From: Eledone cirrhosa | Taxonomy: Eukaryota | Reading direction: 5' to 3' | Assembly: GCA_964016885.1 (NCBI GenBank) | Contig: OZ024758.1 | Location: 1,860,001-1,924,000 of the forward strand | Length of the DNA stretch: 64,000 bases | Shown here: positions 46,746-63,270 of the stretch, piece by piece | Position numbering within the stretch: the first letter of the stretch is position 1 | Layout of the letters: every line of letters begins with the position of its first letter | Translations under genes and position numbers: made by a program | Notes under the pieces: model-generated | What the model was told of the DNA's origin: nothing | Databases searched by the model: none | Seen by the model: the letters and a program-made list of their open reading frames with translations, nothing else

Positions 46746-49660
46746 AAGAAGAAGAAGAAGAAGAAGAAGAAGAAGACACAACTAAATTCAAAACGCTATA
46801 CAACAACATGGTTTGAGTTGGTCATGGATGGAAGTATTATGATTGAGCAGCTTCCCTCGAGGCTAAACATCAACGACAGTAACTGATAGACTTTATAATC
46901 TAGTATACATCTAGTGTCTGACGTGAATTAGAATCTTTCAACACTACTTTTACAGTTAAAGTCTTCCCTATTGGATTTGTGAAGTTTTAAAAACTAATAA
47001 GTCTAAATAAATAGAAAACTATTCAACATAAAAGAAAAATCTAATAAATTAAAAGTCTGTAAGTAAATTATTCTTCGAAAAGTAGAACAATTTTCAAACA
47101 ATATTTAAAACGCTTGTTGAAATCTACTTCAGATATAGGTTTCATTTATTTTACATCAACATGATATTATTTACAGTAAAAATGCTTTCTGTATTTAATA
47201 ATAATGCTTTCTTTATCAATTATTTACAGTAACAATAATAATAATAATAGTGACGACCATAATAATGGCAATAATAATTTTAAAAAAGGAAACAAAAGGA
47301 AGAAAATATAATTTATTTTAGAGTAAATAAAATTATATGATGTGAGAGTCTTTATCATCTTTATCGGAATTAGGTTTTGTAAATTTTCTCAAATTTATTC
47401 TCCAAAAAATATTAAATAACTTTGGATAAGTTGAAGAATTGAATAACAAAACAACTTTAAATTAGAAGTTTTGAATTAGAATTTAGCTTCAAACATATCT
47501 GTATACAGATATGTATTGAAATTTTGTATTTCTAAAGAAATACGGTATGTTTATGAATAAACATTTAGGAAGCTATAGCTATGCGAAAACACCAGCGGCT
47601 ATCGTCACCTGGCTGTGTCCAGCAGAAACAAGGGGGACAATCGTCGATGCGTATTTCGAATTGAACTGGTTCTCGTCAGCACGATCGCTCCCGCTCTTGT
47701 GACTTGAGTTTTGTTTCTCTTCCAGAATTTACTACTGTGTGGCATATATTGATGTCTAACATAGGGATAAAGCCAGCACATTTTTAGGGGAAGGGTAAAG
47801 TTGATTAGATCAGCCTCAGTACTTCACGGGTAGTTTATTTTCTGAAACCTGGAAGTATGAAAGGCAAAGTTGACCTCGATAGGATTGGAAACAAATACTG
47901 CAAGGTATTTTATCCAAACACTCTACCCATTCTGCTAATACACCTTTCTCAAATAATGCTTTCTACGAAATTTATACATAAGGCAAGGAAAGTAGATTAT
48001 ATCAACCTCTTTGGAGGTGAATATTACACCGGTTTCACTTTGGAGGTGAATATTACACCGGTTTCCCGCCGAGATCAACTTTGCCTTTCATCCTTTCGAG
48101 GTCGATGAAAAAATACCAGTGTAGTACTGGGTCGATTCTTCCTCAATATCTCTTTCTTATTTCCCCTCTCTCGATTTCTATCTTTCTCTAGAAGAAATCT
48201 ATCTACTGTACTCAGGCCTGGAGGGAGATGGGCTCAGCCAGGCTTAAAATGCCCAAGAAATGCCGTACCTCAATACGGCGCCTCTACGACTATCAGGAGT
48301 TACGGGACCTTACAATACTAAATTACAATATATAATATTACATGCAATTCGTTCTTTAATGGAGCATATTTAAATGTTGTCGTTATTGCCGTTACTACTG
48401 CTGCTATGTTGTTCTTGCTGTTGCTGTTGTTTAGCTCCAGATGAGACACAGTGCCTTGCAGTATTTATTTACAAAGCGTTTATATTCCGAGTTCAATTCC
48501 TGCTAAAATTGTTGTTGCCTTTGATCAATCTAGGGTCGATACCATCGACTCTCCTCTCCGACATATACCTGCTAGAAATCAATATATAAACACATCCCGG
48601 AACAGTCGATAATAATATAGCATTCTTTCAGAACAATCTTAGTTTTGAATCAATAAAAGTGAGTCGTTCTAATATATTGTATATTTTATAAGTGAGCCAG
48701 CGATATTACCCCTAAGCCACGACATTCAACTGATGCAAATACCAACAGATCTCCATTAAATAACAGCCGAGTATCGTTAAGGAGGAAATTAATTCCCGGA
48801 ATTACACTTCCTGAAACCAATAGACAAGATTGAAGTCCACGACTTGAACATATTTCATCATAGATCTGTTTGATCAGGGACATTAGGGAGAACCTGGGGC
48901 TAAACAGAAACAGCTTTATAAGTAAGAAGTAGTTTGTTTTAGTTCTTGTACTCTAAGTATGAAAATAGTCTTAGTTTGTATTGATACGTGGTGTGTCTCA
49001 CCTGGTGTGAGCCACGTGGTGTAAGTCACGTGGTGTGTCCCACGTGGTGTATCTCACGTGGTGTACCTCACGTCGACGTCTTAACTGTGTATTTAAACAT
49101 TGTTCAACACCCTCACCTCTAGGCCACATGACTCCACATATAACTGAAGCTAATAACAAAAATAAAACAATACAGAATTAAATAAAATACTTATCTATTT
49201 CAAATTGGAATGTTGATATCATTTTGAAATGAAACATATTTTAAAAGCGTCAGTCAGTGTGTACAAGTACTAGCATTATATCAGATATCGCATGAATTTT
49301 TAATCAGGTGCGTTCATTTTATATGCATAAATTATATGCAGCACCTGCTATATCATAGGTAACCTTTAAAATTCCTTTTTATTTCACCTGAGCAGCAGAC
49401 GCCAATTATTTTGCTACAGCTTAAATATCCATTTATCATATTTCTGTGTAAAAGCATCTGTCTAATATATTTATTAGAAAGAGATTATTAGCCGAGACTA
49501 CCTGAACTCGAGGAATATCCTATACTTCACAAATATATACACTCTGCATCTTACCACGTATTGAGTACTTCTTTAATATGTGGTTTTCCAGGCCCGAGAG
49601 CCGCAGACAGATTATATATATATAGTCTGTCTGCGGCTCTCGAGCCTCGAAAACCACATA

Positions 49661-49701
<41 letters not shown>

Positions 49702-49950
49702 CCCAGTACATTACTGGTACTTTATTTTATCGACCTCGTAAGGATGAAAGCCAAACTTGACTTCGACGAGATTTGAACTCAGACTGTATATATATTTTCC
49801 CACATCTTACGTTAACTGTTTTTCCATTTTGACGCGAAAGTCACTTAGATATTATGGAATACTGTTGGCTTCTTGCTCACAATAATTTATTCTATACTTT
49901 TCATTTATATATATACAAACATATGTATATCTCTCTCTCTCTCTCTCCCT

Positions 49951-49987
<37 letters not shown>

Positions 49988-50114
49988 TTGGATTCAGTAA
50001 CAAACCAGTTAGACCATTACTCACCAGAGTGCTCGATACTTGGGGTAGTAGAGCATGGTTATATGAATGAGTCAGGACTCCCGACGGATGAATTCCTTAC
50101 TCATTCGTATTTAC

Positions 50115-50179
<65 letters not shown>

Positions 50180-50563
50180 GGCAGGGCAACAGACAGGCAC
50201 ACAGATGTACTGACATCAGACTAACAGACAGACAGACAAGGAGGAGGATAGACGCTATAAAAGTGAAGGGTATTTATGAAAAACAACAACAGAGAACGGA
50301 AAGGGTAAATATAGAAATAAATTGTTATAGGAAAGTGGAAAGAAAAGTGATCAAAGGGCTTCAAAAATGGAAAGCTTTTGAAGTTTAACTATGATAGAAG
50401 ATATATAATTAGAATGTCTGAAATTTTTCTCTTGTTTTCACGAATGCCAGATTTATTTGTATGCATATATATATATAAATGTATATATACATATATATGT
50501 ATCTAAATAGAAATATATATAAGTATATATATATATATATATACATACACCCAGATACACACG

Positions 50564-50612
<49 letters not shown>

Positions 50613-52107
50613 GTATATACATATATGCACATACATACACACATGTCTATCAATGTTAGCACATATGCAAATATACATGTGTAGGAATTAGGCTTATTTA
50701 CATGCTTGATGCATTCGTATTTAGATTAAACAACAGGCAAAATTTCACGGACGAATGGTTCTAGACAGTGAAACAATTGTAGTAATGTTAGTCATACAGA
50801 CACAGCTATTCCTACAAACATGAGGTGCTTGAATGAGTTCATGAAATCGTAGCAGGCAGCATATCTATGACCAGAGACGAAGGCTTACAAGAAAAGATTT
50901 TTTCTGTTATATGTACATGTATCAGTTTTAGATGCATTCATGCATAAATTAAATATCTGTGTATACCCGTGAATGTGTGAGTGAGGTTTCTGTGTGAGTA
51001 TCTCTCCCTCTACATACATACATACATACATACATACATACATACATAGATAGATACATACATACATACATGGTGGCTGCCAACTCGTTTTCGAGTACGG
51101 CCACTACTATATATCCATGTAGGAGAACCCCTACCGATGCGCTGAACGAGTGTGACTTTTTAGTCCAACCAGCGACTTGAAAACTCTGGTACAAACACTA
51201 CACTTGTGACAATTATTGACACAGGCCCATGGTACCATGTGACAAAGGCACTGCACAAAGCCAGTCCTCACATACATACATACATACATACATACATACA
51301 TACATACATACATACATACATACATACATACATACATACATAATGGCTGCAAACTCTGCTAAGTGTATTGCAATTGCTTGGAGGATTATAGAGTTTGGTG
51401 CACTTTTAGGCTACGGCCAGCCACACGAACCTGTAACCTATCCTGAACAAGCAATGCCTGTGCTTTGACCTGTCCCACTCTCTGAGCAACGAAAACACTA
51501 CCCCAAAAGGAGAACTGGTCAATATCATCGGATGCTTCCGAAGCCGCAGAGTTTCCCTCTCCTAGAAAGGTGTGACAACAACTGGGGCCTTTCACTCCCA
51601 GATGAAAGAAACAAAACAAACTACTATTTGTATGGCAGAGTTCCTCCGCTCTTTGCCGGGTTTTGTATTTCATCCCGCAGGGTGTCCAAATATCCTCCTC
51701 CTCACCAAGCAAGCTTGGTGGGGTTGCCGGTTTAGTCGCCGACGACCCGACCAAGAGACAGGTTGTACTGGGTTACATGTTACCAATAACACATACATAC
51801 ATACATACTAAAATGTTCTTGAAAAATGATGTTCTTTGCTACAAAGACATCACCTTTGTCCGTTCCCTTGTCGTTTCAATTTGGATTGCCTCGAGAATGT
51901 AACCTTATTATGTAAAAAGCTGTCTGATGAGATCATGGCACTGGGTACGCCGAATCGCGTGGCCACTGGAATATGTACCACGGCCTTATCAATAAAGGAG
52001 TTTAACATCTGAAACTACTTTGTATTTCATTATTCTAAACATACTCCGCCATTTCTGTATGGAAAAACTACGTTGAGTGCTTGAATTGAATTACATCAAT
52101 ATTTACC

Positions 52108-52109
<2 letters not shown>

Positions 52110-52145
<36 letters not shown>

Positions 52146-52153
52146 TATATAAT

Positions 52154-52246
<93 letters not shown>

Positions 52247-52369
52247 TATATAATATATATATAATATATATATATAATATATATATAATATATATATATA
52301 ATATATATATAATATATATATATAATATATATATAATATATATATATAATATATATATAATATATATAT

Positions 52370-52404
<35 letters not shown>

Positions 52405-52552
52405 ATATATATATAATATATATATATAATATATATATATAATATATATATAATATATATATTATAATATATATATATAATATATATATAATATATATAT
52501 ATAATATATATATATAATATATATATATAATATATATATAATATATATATAT

Positions 52553-52587
<35 letters not shown>

Positions 52588-52598
52588 AATATATATAT

Positions 52599-52652
<54 letters not shown>

Positions 52653-52832
52653 ATATATAAATATATATAATATATATAATATATATAATATATATATATA
52701 TATAATATATATATAATATAATATATATATATATAATATATATATATATATAATATAATATATATATATATATATATAATATAATATATATATATATATA
52801 ATATAATATATATATAATATAATATATATATA

Positions 52833-52871
<39 letters not shown>

Positions 52872-53078
52872 ATATATATATAATATAATATATATATAAT
52901 ATAATATATATATATATATAACATAATATATATATATATATAATATATATATATATATAATATATATATATATATAATATATAATATAATATAATATAAA
53001 TATAATATATAATATATATATATATAATATAATATATATATAATATATATATATATAATATAATATAATATATATATA

Positions 53079-53117
<39 letters not shown>

Positions 53118-53627
53118 TATATACAATATATTAATAAATGGAAAGTATATTTATAAAACCATATTTATTTTAATATATATATTTCAAGGGCGACGAAGGT
53201 AAATTATGGTGCGCTATCATCAGATAAAATCCAGATTTCTTTTATAAATAATATTGACATACCCGGAAAAAAGACAACCTCAACGGTTGAAATTTGCTGG
53301 ATAGTCGAGTGCTTTATATCAGTTATAAAAACATTTAACCTTGTTGATTCCCAACAAATTAAATATAACCTCTGCATATATATACATATACATATACACA
53401 TATATATACATACACATATACATATATATATATACACATATATATATATACACATATATATATATACACATATATATATATACACATATATATATATACA
53501 CATATATATATATACACATATATATATATACACATATATATATATACACATATATATATATACACATATATATATATACACATATATATATATACACATA
53601 TATATATATACACATATATATATATAC

Positions 53628-53690
<63 letters not shown>

Positions 53691-53788
53691 CACATATATA
53701 TATATACACATATATATATATACACATATATATATATACATATATATCTATATACATATATATATATATATACACTATATATATATAC

Positions 53789-53819
<31 letters not shown>

Positions 53820-54505
53820 CATATATATATATACATATATATATATACATATATATATATACATATATATATATACATATATATATATACATATACTATA
53901 TATACATATATACATATATATATATACATATATATATATATACATATATATATATACATATATATATATACATATATATATATATACATATATATACATA
54001 TAATATATACATATATATATATACATATATACATATATATATATACATATATATATATACATATATATATATACATATATATATATACATATATATATAT
54101 ACATACATATATATATATACACATATATACACACACATATATACACACACATATATATATATACATATATATACACACACATATATATATATATATATAT
54201 ACACACACATATATATACATATATATACACACACATATATATATATATACACACACATATATATATATATACACACACATATATATATATATACACACAC
54301 TATATATATATACACACATATATATATATATACACACATATATATATATATATACATATATATACACACATATATATACATATATATATACACACATATA
54401 TATACATATATATATACACACATATATTATACATATATATACATATATATATACACACATATATATATACACACATATATATACATATATATACATATAT
54501 ATCTA
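52110..54505. repeat. Long compound (TA)n/(TATA-CA) microsatellite fields
   Basis: About 1 kb TA/TAA tract and about 1.1 kb TA/CA tract flanking a short hammerhead-bearing element. Confidence 0.95.
53167..53230 (-). ncRNA. Degenerate hammerhead (same family as 18331)
   Basis: ATTTTAT-CTGATGA-TAGCGCAC...CGCCCTT-GAAA-TATATA-TA-TTAAAAT; weakened stems. Confidence 0.5.
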
Positions 54506-54785
54506 AGGCGGGTAAAATTCCCGAGATCCATGGACGAGTTCTCTCAGCGGTCTCTGTCCCTCATTATCGCTGCCATGTCCTGCGTCTCCAACAGACCAGT
54601 GTCTGTCCTTAGGGCATCAACATATGTTAACCTTGGTCTTCCTCTTCCAGTGTGTCCATGTAGGGGCTCCCAAAGGAGCACGGAGTGCAATGTCAACTCT
54701 GGATGTCGGTGAGCATGTCCAGCCAACCTCAGTCTCCTCTGTGTCACTTTTGAGCTGACTTTTGGGAGGCTCCCATACAGCTCTG
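54505..54785 (-). mobile_element. RTE-clade LINE 3' fragment
   Basis: [27 protein letters not shown].....[22 protein letters not shown]. Confidence 0.85.
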
Positions 54786-54816
<31 letters not shown>

Positions 54817-56144
54817 ATATATATACACACATATATATACATATATATATACACACATATATATACATATATATATACATATATATACACACATATATAT
54901 ATACATATATACATATATATATATATATCGATCTAAACGTGTTCACAGACCGTTTCTCCAGGCCCTCTATAACATTTCTTTTTTACCATTATTTGTATTT
55001 CCTTCATGTTCTTTCTCGCCATTTTTCTTATCTTGATATCCCCCCCCCCTTCCCTTCTCCCCCTCCCTCCATCATATAGTCTTTCATCTCTTCATATATC
55101 TATCATTCTATCTACCAATCACTAAAGTACAACTACTTTTTCACACAACTTTTCTTTCTTTCGAGTTTTTCTTTTTTTTTCTTATTTTCTTTACCTCATC
55201 ATTTATTTCTATTTTTTATATGTTTCTCTTCTTTCTCACCTCCTCTTTCATTCTCTCTCTTTCTCCTACTCTCTCTTTTCTCTCTCTCTCGCTTAGTCAT
55301 GCTATCTCTCTCTCATCCTCTCTTTCATTCTCTCATTCTCATACTCTCCCATTCTTTCTCTCTTTCACTCTCTCATTCTCTCATACTCTCCCATTCTTTC
55401 TCTCTCTCACCCTCTCTCTCTCTCTTTCTTTCGCTCACACACACACACACAAACGCACTATTTCTCTCTTCTCTCTTCCTCTATCTATCACCAAATATAC
55501 TTTCTCCCACATCGTTATTTCATTCTCCTTCGGTGGATTGGCAGTACCGGTAGAGGGTCGGACGCCATGCTTTGACGCATAGAGTTACGGCCCTTGCCAT
55601 TCTGAGTTCAAATCCCGCCGAGGTTAACTTTGCCTTTCATCCTTACGGGGTCGATAAAATAAAGTACCAGTAATGCACTGGTTAATTGCTGGCCTTGTGC
55701 CAAAAGTAGAAACAGTTATTTCATTCTCCTTCTCTCTCTCTCCTACTACCCTTCACCAACCACCCCACCACCCTTCAGCAACCACCCAACCCCATCCTTC
55801 CCCGAACCATCCCACCGCCCTTCACCCTTCACCAACCACCCCAGCCCCCTTCAACCAGCCCCACCCATGAGCCTTCACCAACCACCCCACCACACCCATA
55901 TCACATAATTCCACTTCCTACCTAAATACACACATTATCTCCTCCGTCTCCCCAGTCCCCCAATCTTCCCCAAGTATTTACCATCAACGTCTCACTACCA
56001 ATCTGCCGCTCTTTTATCTCACAACTTCAACAAAGATGTTTCTCAGAAATTGCTTCGTCCTCCAGAATATCCTATAATTATGTTGACTCCACAAATTGTG
56101 AAACATCCACCTATTTATTGTGTCACTAGGTGATTTATTATTAT

Positions 56145-56200
<56 letters not shown>

Positions 56201-56237
56201 ATAATAATAAATGTGAAGACTAAAATCCAAAGAGGGC

Positions 56238-56271
<34 letters not shown>

Positions 56272-56482
56272 TTATCTTTATATATATATATATATCTTTA
56301 TATATATATATATATATAGTAATAATGATAAATGTGAAGACTAAAATCCAAAGAGGGCTCGATATATATATATATATATATATATGTTTATCTTTATATA
56401 TATATATATATATATATATATCTTTATATATATATATATATAGTAATAATAATAAATGTGAAGACTAAAATCCAAAGGGGGC

Positions 56483-56521
<39 letters not shown>

Positions 56522-56794
56522 TATATGTATATGATATATAACAAAAGATATATATATATATATATCATTATTATATAGACAGACACACACATCAAAAGAT
56601 GTCTAACTTATTGAACCGAACAGTAAGCTTGAATTATATCGATTTACATTAGATATATACACACGCACACACTCCTATATGCAGATACACACACATACAT
56701 ATATATGCGTGCGTGTGTGTACCTTTATGTATTCAAGTATATATATGTGTATCATACAAATCTATATCGATATCTACCCCCTCTCTCTCAGTAT

Positions 56795-56829
<35 letters not shown>

Positions 56830-56878
56830 CATATATATATTTGTTCTAGTTATATATATATATATATGTACACACATA

Positions 56879-56937
<59 letters not shown>

Positions 56938-57329
56938 TATAACTACAACTTGGAAGTTATCATAACAGAAGAAGAAGAAAAAGAAAGAAAGAAAGAATGA
57001 ACGAAAGAAAGAAAGAAAGAATCAACGAAAGAAAGAAAGAAAGAAAGAATCAACGAAAGAAAGAAAGAAAGAAAGATAACATACAGCTTAATGTTTGTGT
57101 CCCTGTATATAGGATGGTTATGTAAAATACATATTTCTCTCCACGTGTGAGTCTGTAAACTAAATACAAGTCCCTGTGTTTGTCTTACTACAAATAGTTG
57201 AAAAAATAGACAACGAAAATATTTATTTGATCTAAAAATACGATAAGATCGCATGATAATATATATTTTTCTATTTGGTGAGTCGTACCAATTTAAATGT
57301 TTCTTTAATAAGTTGTCTGTTGTGAATAA

Positions 57330-58620
57330 CTTCTGAGAAGAAAATTCTTATCTGTATCCTGCAAAGATATTTCAATTCTTAAGCAAGTTCTTCAAATTGG
57401 TAGTTCTTGCAGCGCGTCTCTCCAATATATTGACTGTTACAAAACAGATCTCTTTTAATGGTAATTTGGTAACGTTAGATCTCTCAGACAACAATAACAA
57501 TAGAATATGAACCTAGATTTCTTATATACTACTAAAAGTTGTGATACATTGGCTAACTGAGATAGTGTAAACATGAAAATATGGCGTGGTTTTGTATGTG
57601 AATAGATGAATATATCATGGAATCTCCGCTAAACAATTGGATAGATAAATATGAGACGCCTTCTCTAATGATTTTTTGGCAACCGATCAAATGTTGATAA
57701 CTAATCATATTTAGATATGTTTACGAATAATTTTGCTTACATACTGTCACATTGTTTCCATTCTTTAATCGATTAAACAATCGACATAATGAAACTCATA
57801 GAAACGACTCAAGAACCTTCGGTGCATATTATTATTATTATTATTCTAAGTTATTTAGATCTGCCACATTAGACGACATGATAAATATGATAAAACTTAT
57901 TTCAGGCGTTTTCAAACGTTTCTAACTTATGGAACCTCCACAGCTGGAGAGGGAAATTATAGAATTTAATAACATATCGCAGCACTTCTGTCAATAAACA
58001 ATAAAATAGCCTTCACAGACAGGGCTGGATTTAATGAGGGGCAAAGGAAGCAATAGCCCTGGGCCCCCTGCAGTAGGGCCTCACAAGTGACAGCCGTAGC
58101 AATTTATTTGTGCCCTTAGCTGGGCTTTTAAGTTTTAGGATGGTTGGAGTTTTAAATTTAATACCATATGTATAACTTTTCAATTCCAAAAACTTTGATA
58201 TGTAAAATTAAGCGTGGTATGGCTGGGGCGTTGCTGAGTATTCTAATTATTTTTTTGGCGTGTATGAGAGGCCTCGTAACCTTGAAGTGACCCGGGCACA
58301 GAAAATCTAAATCCAACCCATGTCACAGAAGCCATGGGGTAATAAGGAACCAAGGTTAAGTCTCATTGAATTAAAACCACACCAAACACGTGTGAAAATA
58401 TATATTCAACACCGAGATGGATCCTGTTTATGTAAACAGAGAACGCTTGACTTACTTTCCCAGCCAACAAGGGAGACAATAGAGAATATACAATACAACT
58501 TAGTAAACAGCAACACGGCTTTTGATTGGTCAACCGACGAAATGAATAGAAACTTGTTTTGGATCTTGCAAATATCATTGTTGAATTTTCCCAATGAACG
58601 TCTCCCACGATTATTTTATA
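57330..58620 (+). pseudogene. Decayed leucine-rich-repeat gene fragment
   Basis: LRR-consensus pieces GNLVTLDLSDNN (~57460-57495), SYLDMFTNNFAYILSHCFHSL (~57705-57770), LSYLDL (~57846-57863), KIFQFLSK and SGVFKRF, broken by stops and a MITE. Confidence 0.55.
58020..58322. mobile_element. hAT-like MITE
   Basis: TIRs CAGGGCTGGATTTA / TAAATCCAACCCATG with flanking TCACAGA duplication. Confidence 0.6.
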
Positions 58621-58905
58621 GGGTATGTATATAAGTGTATGTAAGTATGTATATAAGTGTGTGTATGCATGTGTGTATGTATGTGCATGTGTATGTATGT
58701 GCATGTGCATGTATGTGTGTGAATGTATGTGCATGTGTATGTATGTGTGTGAATGTATGTGCGTATGTGTGTGTATGTGTATGTGTGTGTATGTGTATGT
58801 ATGTGTGTGTATGTATGTATGTATGTGTATATATATGAATATATGCATGTAATATGTATGTACACACACACACAAGAGAGAGAGAGAGAGAGAAAGAGAA
58901 AGAGA

Positions 58906-58947
<42 letters not shown>

Positions 58948-59538
58948 AGAGAGTCACCCCACGTAGAGCCACTATATCTCCGAATTGAAAGCTCACAGCT
59001 CCGGTACTACGGGCATATGTATGTGTGTGTATGTGTGTGTGTCTGTGTGTGTGTCTGTGTGTGTGTGTGTTGGTGTGTGTGTCTGTGTGTGTGTGTGAGA
59101 GTGTGTGTCTGTGTGTGTGTGTCTGTGTGTGTGTGTCTGTGTGTGTGTCTGTGTGTGTGTATCTGTGTGTGTGTGTGTGTGTGTGTGTGTTGGTGTGTGT
59201 GTCTGTGTGTGTGTGTCTGTATGTATTTATGTGTGTATACGTTGTGTATATATGCATCTATGTGTGTGTGTGTGTGTGTATATGTTGGGTAAATGTGCAT
59301 GTGAGTATATGTATGTATATGCATGAGTATATGTACATGTGAGTATGTGTGAGTATATGTTGTATGCCTGTGTGTATGTGTGTGTAGATGTGTGAGTATA
59401 TATGCATGTGTATATGTGCGTGTGTGTATATTTATGAGTGTATGTGTATGCACAGTGCAATGGAGCAACTGTCAAGACAGCTGGCCAGGAGTTCCTTCAA
59501 CATCTCACTTCTGTAATAGCAAAACTAATAATTTCATT

Positions 59539-59573
<35 letters not shown>

Positions 59574-59590
59574 CTCTACTTTACACTCTC

Positions 59591-59790
59591 NNNNNNNNNN
59601 NNNNNNNNNNNNNNNNNNNNNNNNNNNNNNNNNNNNNNNNNNNNNNNNNNNNNNNNNNNNNNNNNNNNNNNNNNNNNNNNNNNNNNNNNNNNNNNNNNNN
59701 NNNNNNNNNNNNNNNNNNNNNNNNNNNNNNNNNNNNNNNNNNNNNNNNNNNNNNNNNNNNNNNNNNNNNNNNNNNNNNNNNNNNNNNNNN
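59591..59790. other. Assembly gap
   Basis: 200 N. Confidence 1.
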
Positions 59791-60321
59791 TATATATCCC
59801 ATATATATATATATATATCCCATATATATAATATATGATATCCCATATATATATATATATCATATATGGTGATATATATATATATATATGGGATATATAT
59901 ATATATATGGGATAAATATATCATATATGGGATATATATCATGGTGTCATATATATATATATATCGGGATATATATATATATATGGGATATATATATATA
60001 TATATGGATATATACCTATATATATGAGTCCATATATATATATATATATATCCCATATATATATATATATCCCATATATATATATATATATCCCATATAT
60101 ATATATATTATATCCCATATATATATATATATACACCATATATATATCCCATATATATATATTTATCCCATATATATATATATATCATATATATATATAT
60201 ATACCATATATATATATATATATGGTGTATATATATATATATATGGGATATATATATATATATGGGATATATATATATATATGGGATATATATATGGTGT
60301 ATATATCATATATATATATAT

Positions 60322-60364
<43 letters not shown>

Positions 60365-61432
60365 GATATATATATATATATGGGATATATATATATATAT
60401 GGGATATATATACATATATATATCATATATATATATATATATCATATATATATATATATGGGATATATATATGGTGATATATATCATATATATAATGGGA
60501 TATATATATATATATGGTGTATATATATATATATTATATATGGTGTATATATATATATATGGGATATATATATATATATATGGTGTATATATATATATAT
60601 GGTGTATATATATATATATGGGATATATATATATATATGGGATATATATATATATGGGATATATATATATATATGGTGTATATATATATATATGGGATAT
60701 ATATATATATGGGATATATATATATATGGGATATATATATATATATGGGATATATATATATATGGGATATATATATATATATGGGATATATATATATATA
60801 TGATGTATATATATATATATGGTGTATATATATATATATGGGATATATATATATATATGGGATATATATATATATATATGGGATATATATATATATATAT
60901 GGGATATATATATATATATATGGGATATATATATATATATATATGGGATATATATATATATATATATGGGATATATATATATATATATATGGGATATATA
61001 TATATATATATATGGGATATATATATATATTATATATATATGGGATATATATAGATATGGTGTATATATATATGGTATATATGTATATATATGTATGTAT
61101 ATATATATGTATTGGTTATATATATAGATATGAGTGAGTATATATATCTACATATGTTTGTGTGTATGTATATGTATGTATGTGTATATATATGTATGTA
61201 TGTGTGTTTATATATGTGTATCTCTGTGTGTATAATATATATATATTTTTTTTTTATATCATCACCGTTCAATGTCTTCCACATTAGCATGGGTTAGATG
61301 AATATATACATATATATATATATATGCGTATATATATATGCATGTATATACGTATATGCATGTATATGTATGTGTATATTTGTGTGTATTTATATGTATA
61401 TATGTGTATATATATGTATATATATATATATA

Positions 61433-61471
<39 letters not shown>

Positions 61472-61760
61472 ATATATATATATGCGTATATACATCTGTA
61501 TGTATATGTATGCGTATATATATGCGTATGTATGTATATATACGGATGTATATCTATATACATGTTTATGTGCATATATATATATATATATATTCATAAG
61601 TACATACGTGTATGCTTATGTACATATGTTTATATATGTGAATGCATATGTATTTATGCAGATGTGTGTATATGTGAGTGTATGTATGTATGTGTGTATG
61701 TGTATATATATATATCGATGTATATCGATGCTTGTTATATGTATTATACATACATGTGAG
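59791..61760. repeat. Compound (TA)n satellite with interspersed CCC/GGG and GGTG
   Basis: Direct inspection. Confidence 0.95.
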
Positions 61761-61963
61761 CATAGATTAATAGACATAAAACTGATTTCCACGATGATGA
61801 TGATGATGATATATATATATATTGTTAATATATATTGTATAGATTCAGAGTTATCATTAAAACCATTGTTCAGCTAAGTACTCAATAGTTACAAAACTAG
61901 TGTCTAGCTACTAGAAACACTTAATGCACACCCACGGAACTCCAGCCGTTTCCACAGCAACTT

Positions 61964-62033
<70 letters not shown>

Positions 62034-62275
62034 TATATATATATATATAGGTATGTGTGTATGAAGAAAGTGACCAAGTGCAAAAAAGCTATAAAGATAA
62101 CTCATGGAATACGGTGAAGACCTTTAAAACACGGAAAAAGAAGTTGCCTTTTGCCACTATGATGATTGGAACACCCTATCTTCAAAAACTAAAACACACA
62201 CTCTCTCTCTCTCTTTCTCTCTTTCTCTCTTTCTCTCTTTCTCTCTTTCTCTCTTTCCTCTCCTTCTTTCTCTCT

Positions 62276-62323
<48 letters not shown>

Positions 62324-62714
62324 CGTTTAATGTCCATCTTCCACGCTAGCATGGGTTAGACGGTTTTGCTCCATTTGATGCGGGATTGGTTGGGAGACCG
62401 TGTCTCGCTCGTACGGAAGCGTCTCTGGCAGGTTTCCTACGTCTGGATGCCCTTCCCAGCACCAACTCTTACCGTGTGTCCTACATGACCACTTTACAGT
62501 GTGGTTTGGGTGCTTTTTGTTGCGCCACCGACAAACTGGACATACATGGGAGAAAGGGCTGTTATAATATGTATGTTTATGTATGTGTATGTTTATGTAT
62601 GTATGTATTTATATGTATGTATGTATATGTACATATGTGTATGTACATATGTATATATGTGTGTGTGTGTATATGTACATATGTATGTATATTTACTTAT
62701 GTATATGTACGTAT

Positions 62715-62772
<58 letters not shown>

Positions 62773-62994
62773 GGAGATAGTCTGCAGCGCAGAGGCTGAG
62801 GGGGACAAACTAATGGTGGGAGTATTCGATGTATGGAGAGATGCTGAGTGGGTAAAAAGATATGTCAGATCCCGCCTGCGGCACAAAGTGGTTTTGGTTG
62901 GTGTCTTGAAGCATTTTTCGAACACTAAAGTGAAAACTGCTTGCCGCTGTGATCGGGATTTTACACATATAGACACACACATATATATATATAT

Positions 62995-63270
62995 CATCAT
63001 CATCATCATTTTACGTCTGTTTTCCAGCTTGCAAGGGTGGGATGGGCCCTAGGGTAGGATGGGCCCTATTCAGCACAGCATTTCTCTATTCATCACGGTT
63101 CCTCGTCATTTCCACTGTGATCTTCAGCGATCTGAGGTCAGCTCTCACCACCTCTGCCCATGTTTTTTTGTGGTCTTCCTCTACTGCGTCTTCCTTCCAC
63201 CGGCATTTCTTGGTACTCCATCACCCAGCGGTCATCTTCCATGTGCATCACATAGCCATACCATAAACAT
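62995..63270 (-). mobile_element. RTE-clade LINE 3' end with (ATG)n tail
   Basis: LWYGYVMHM.......EMPVEGRRSRGRP and short trinucleotide tail. Confidence 0.75.
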
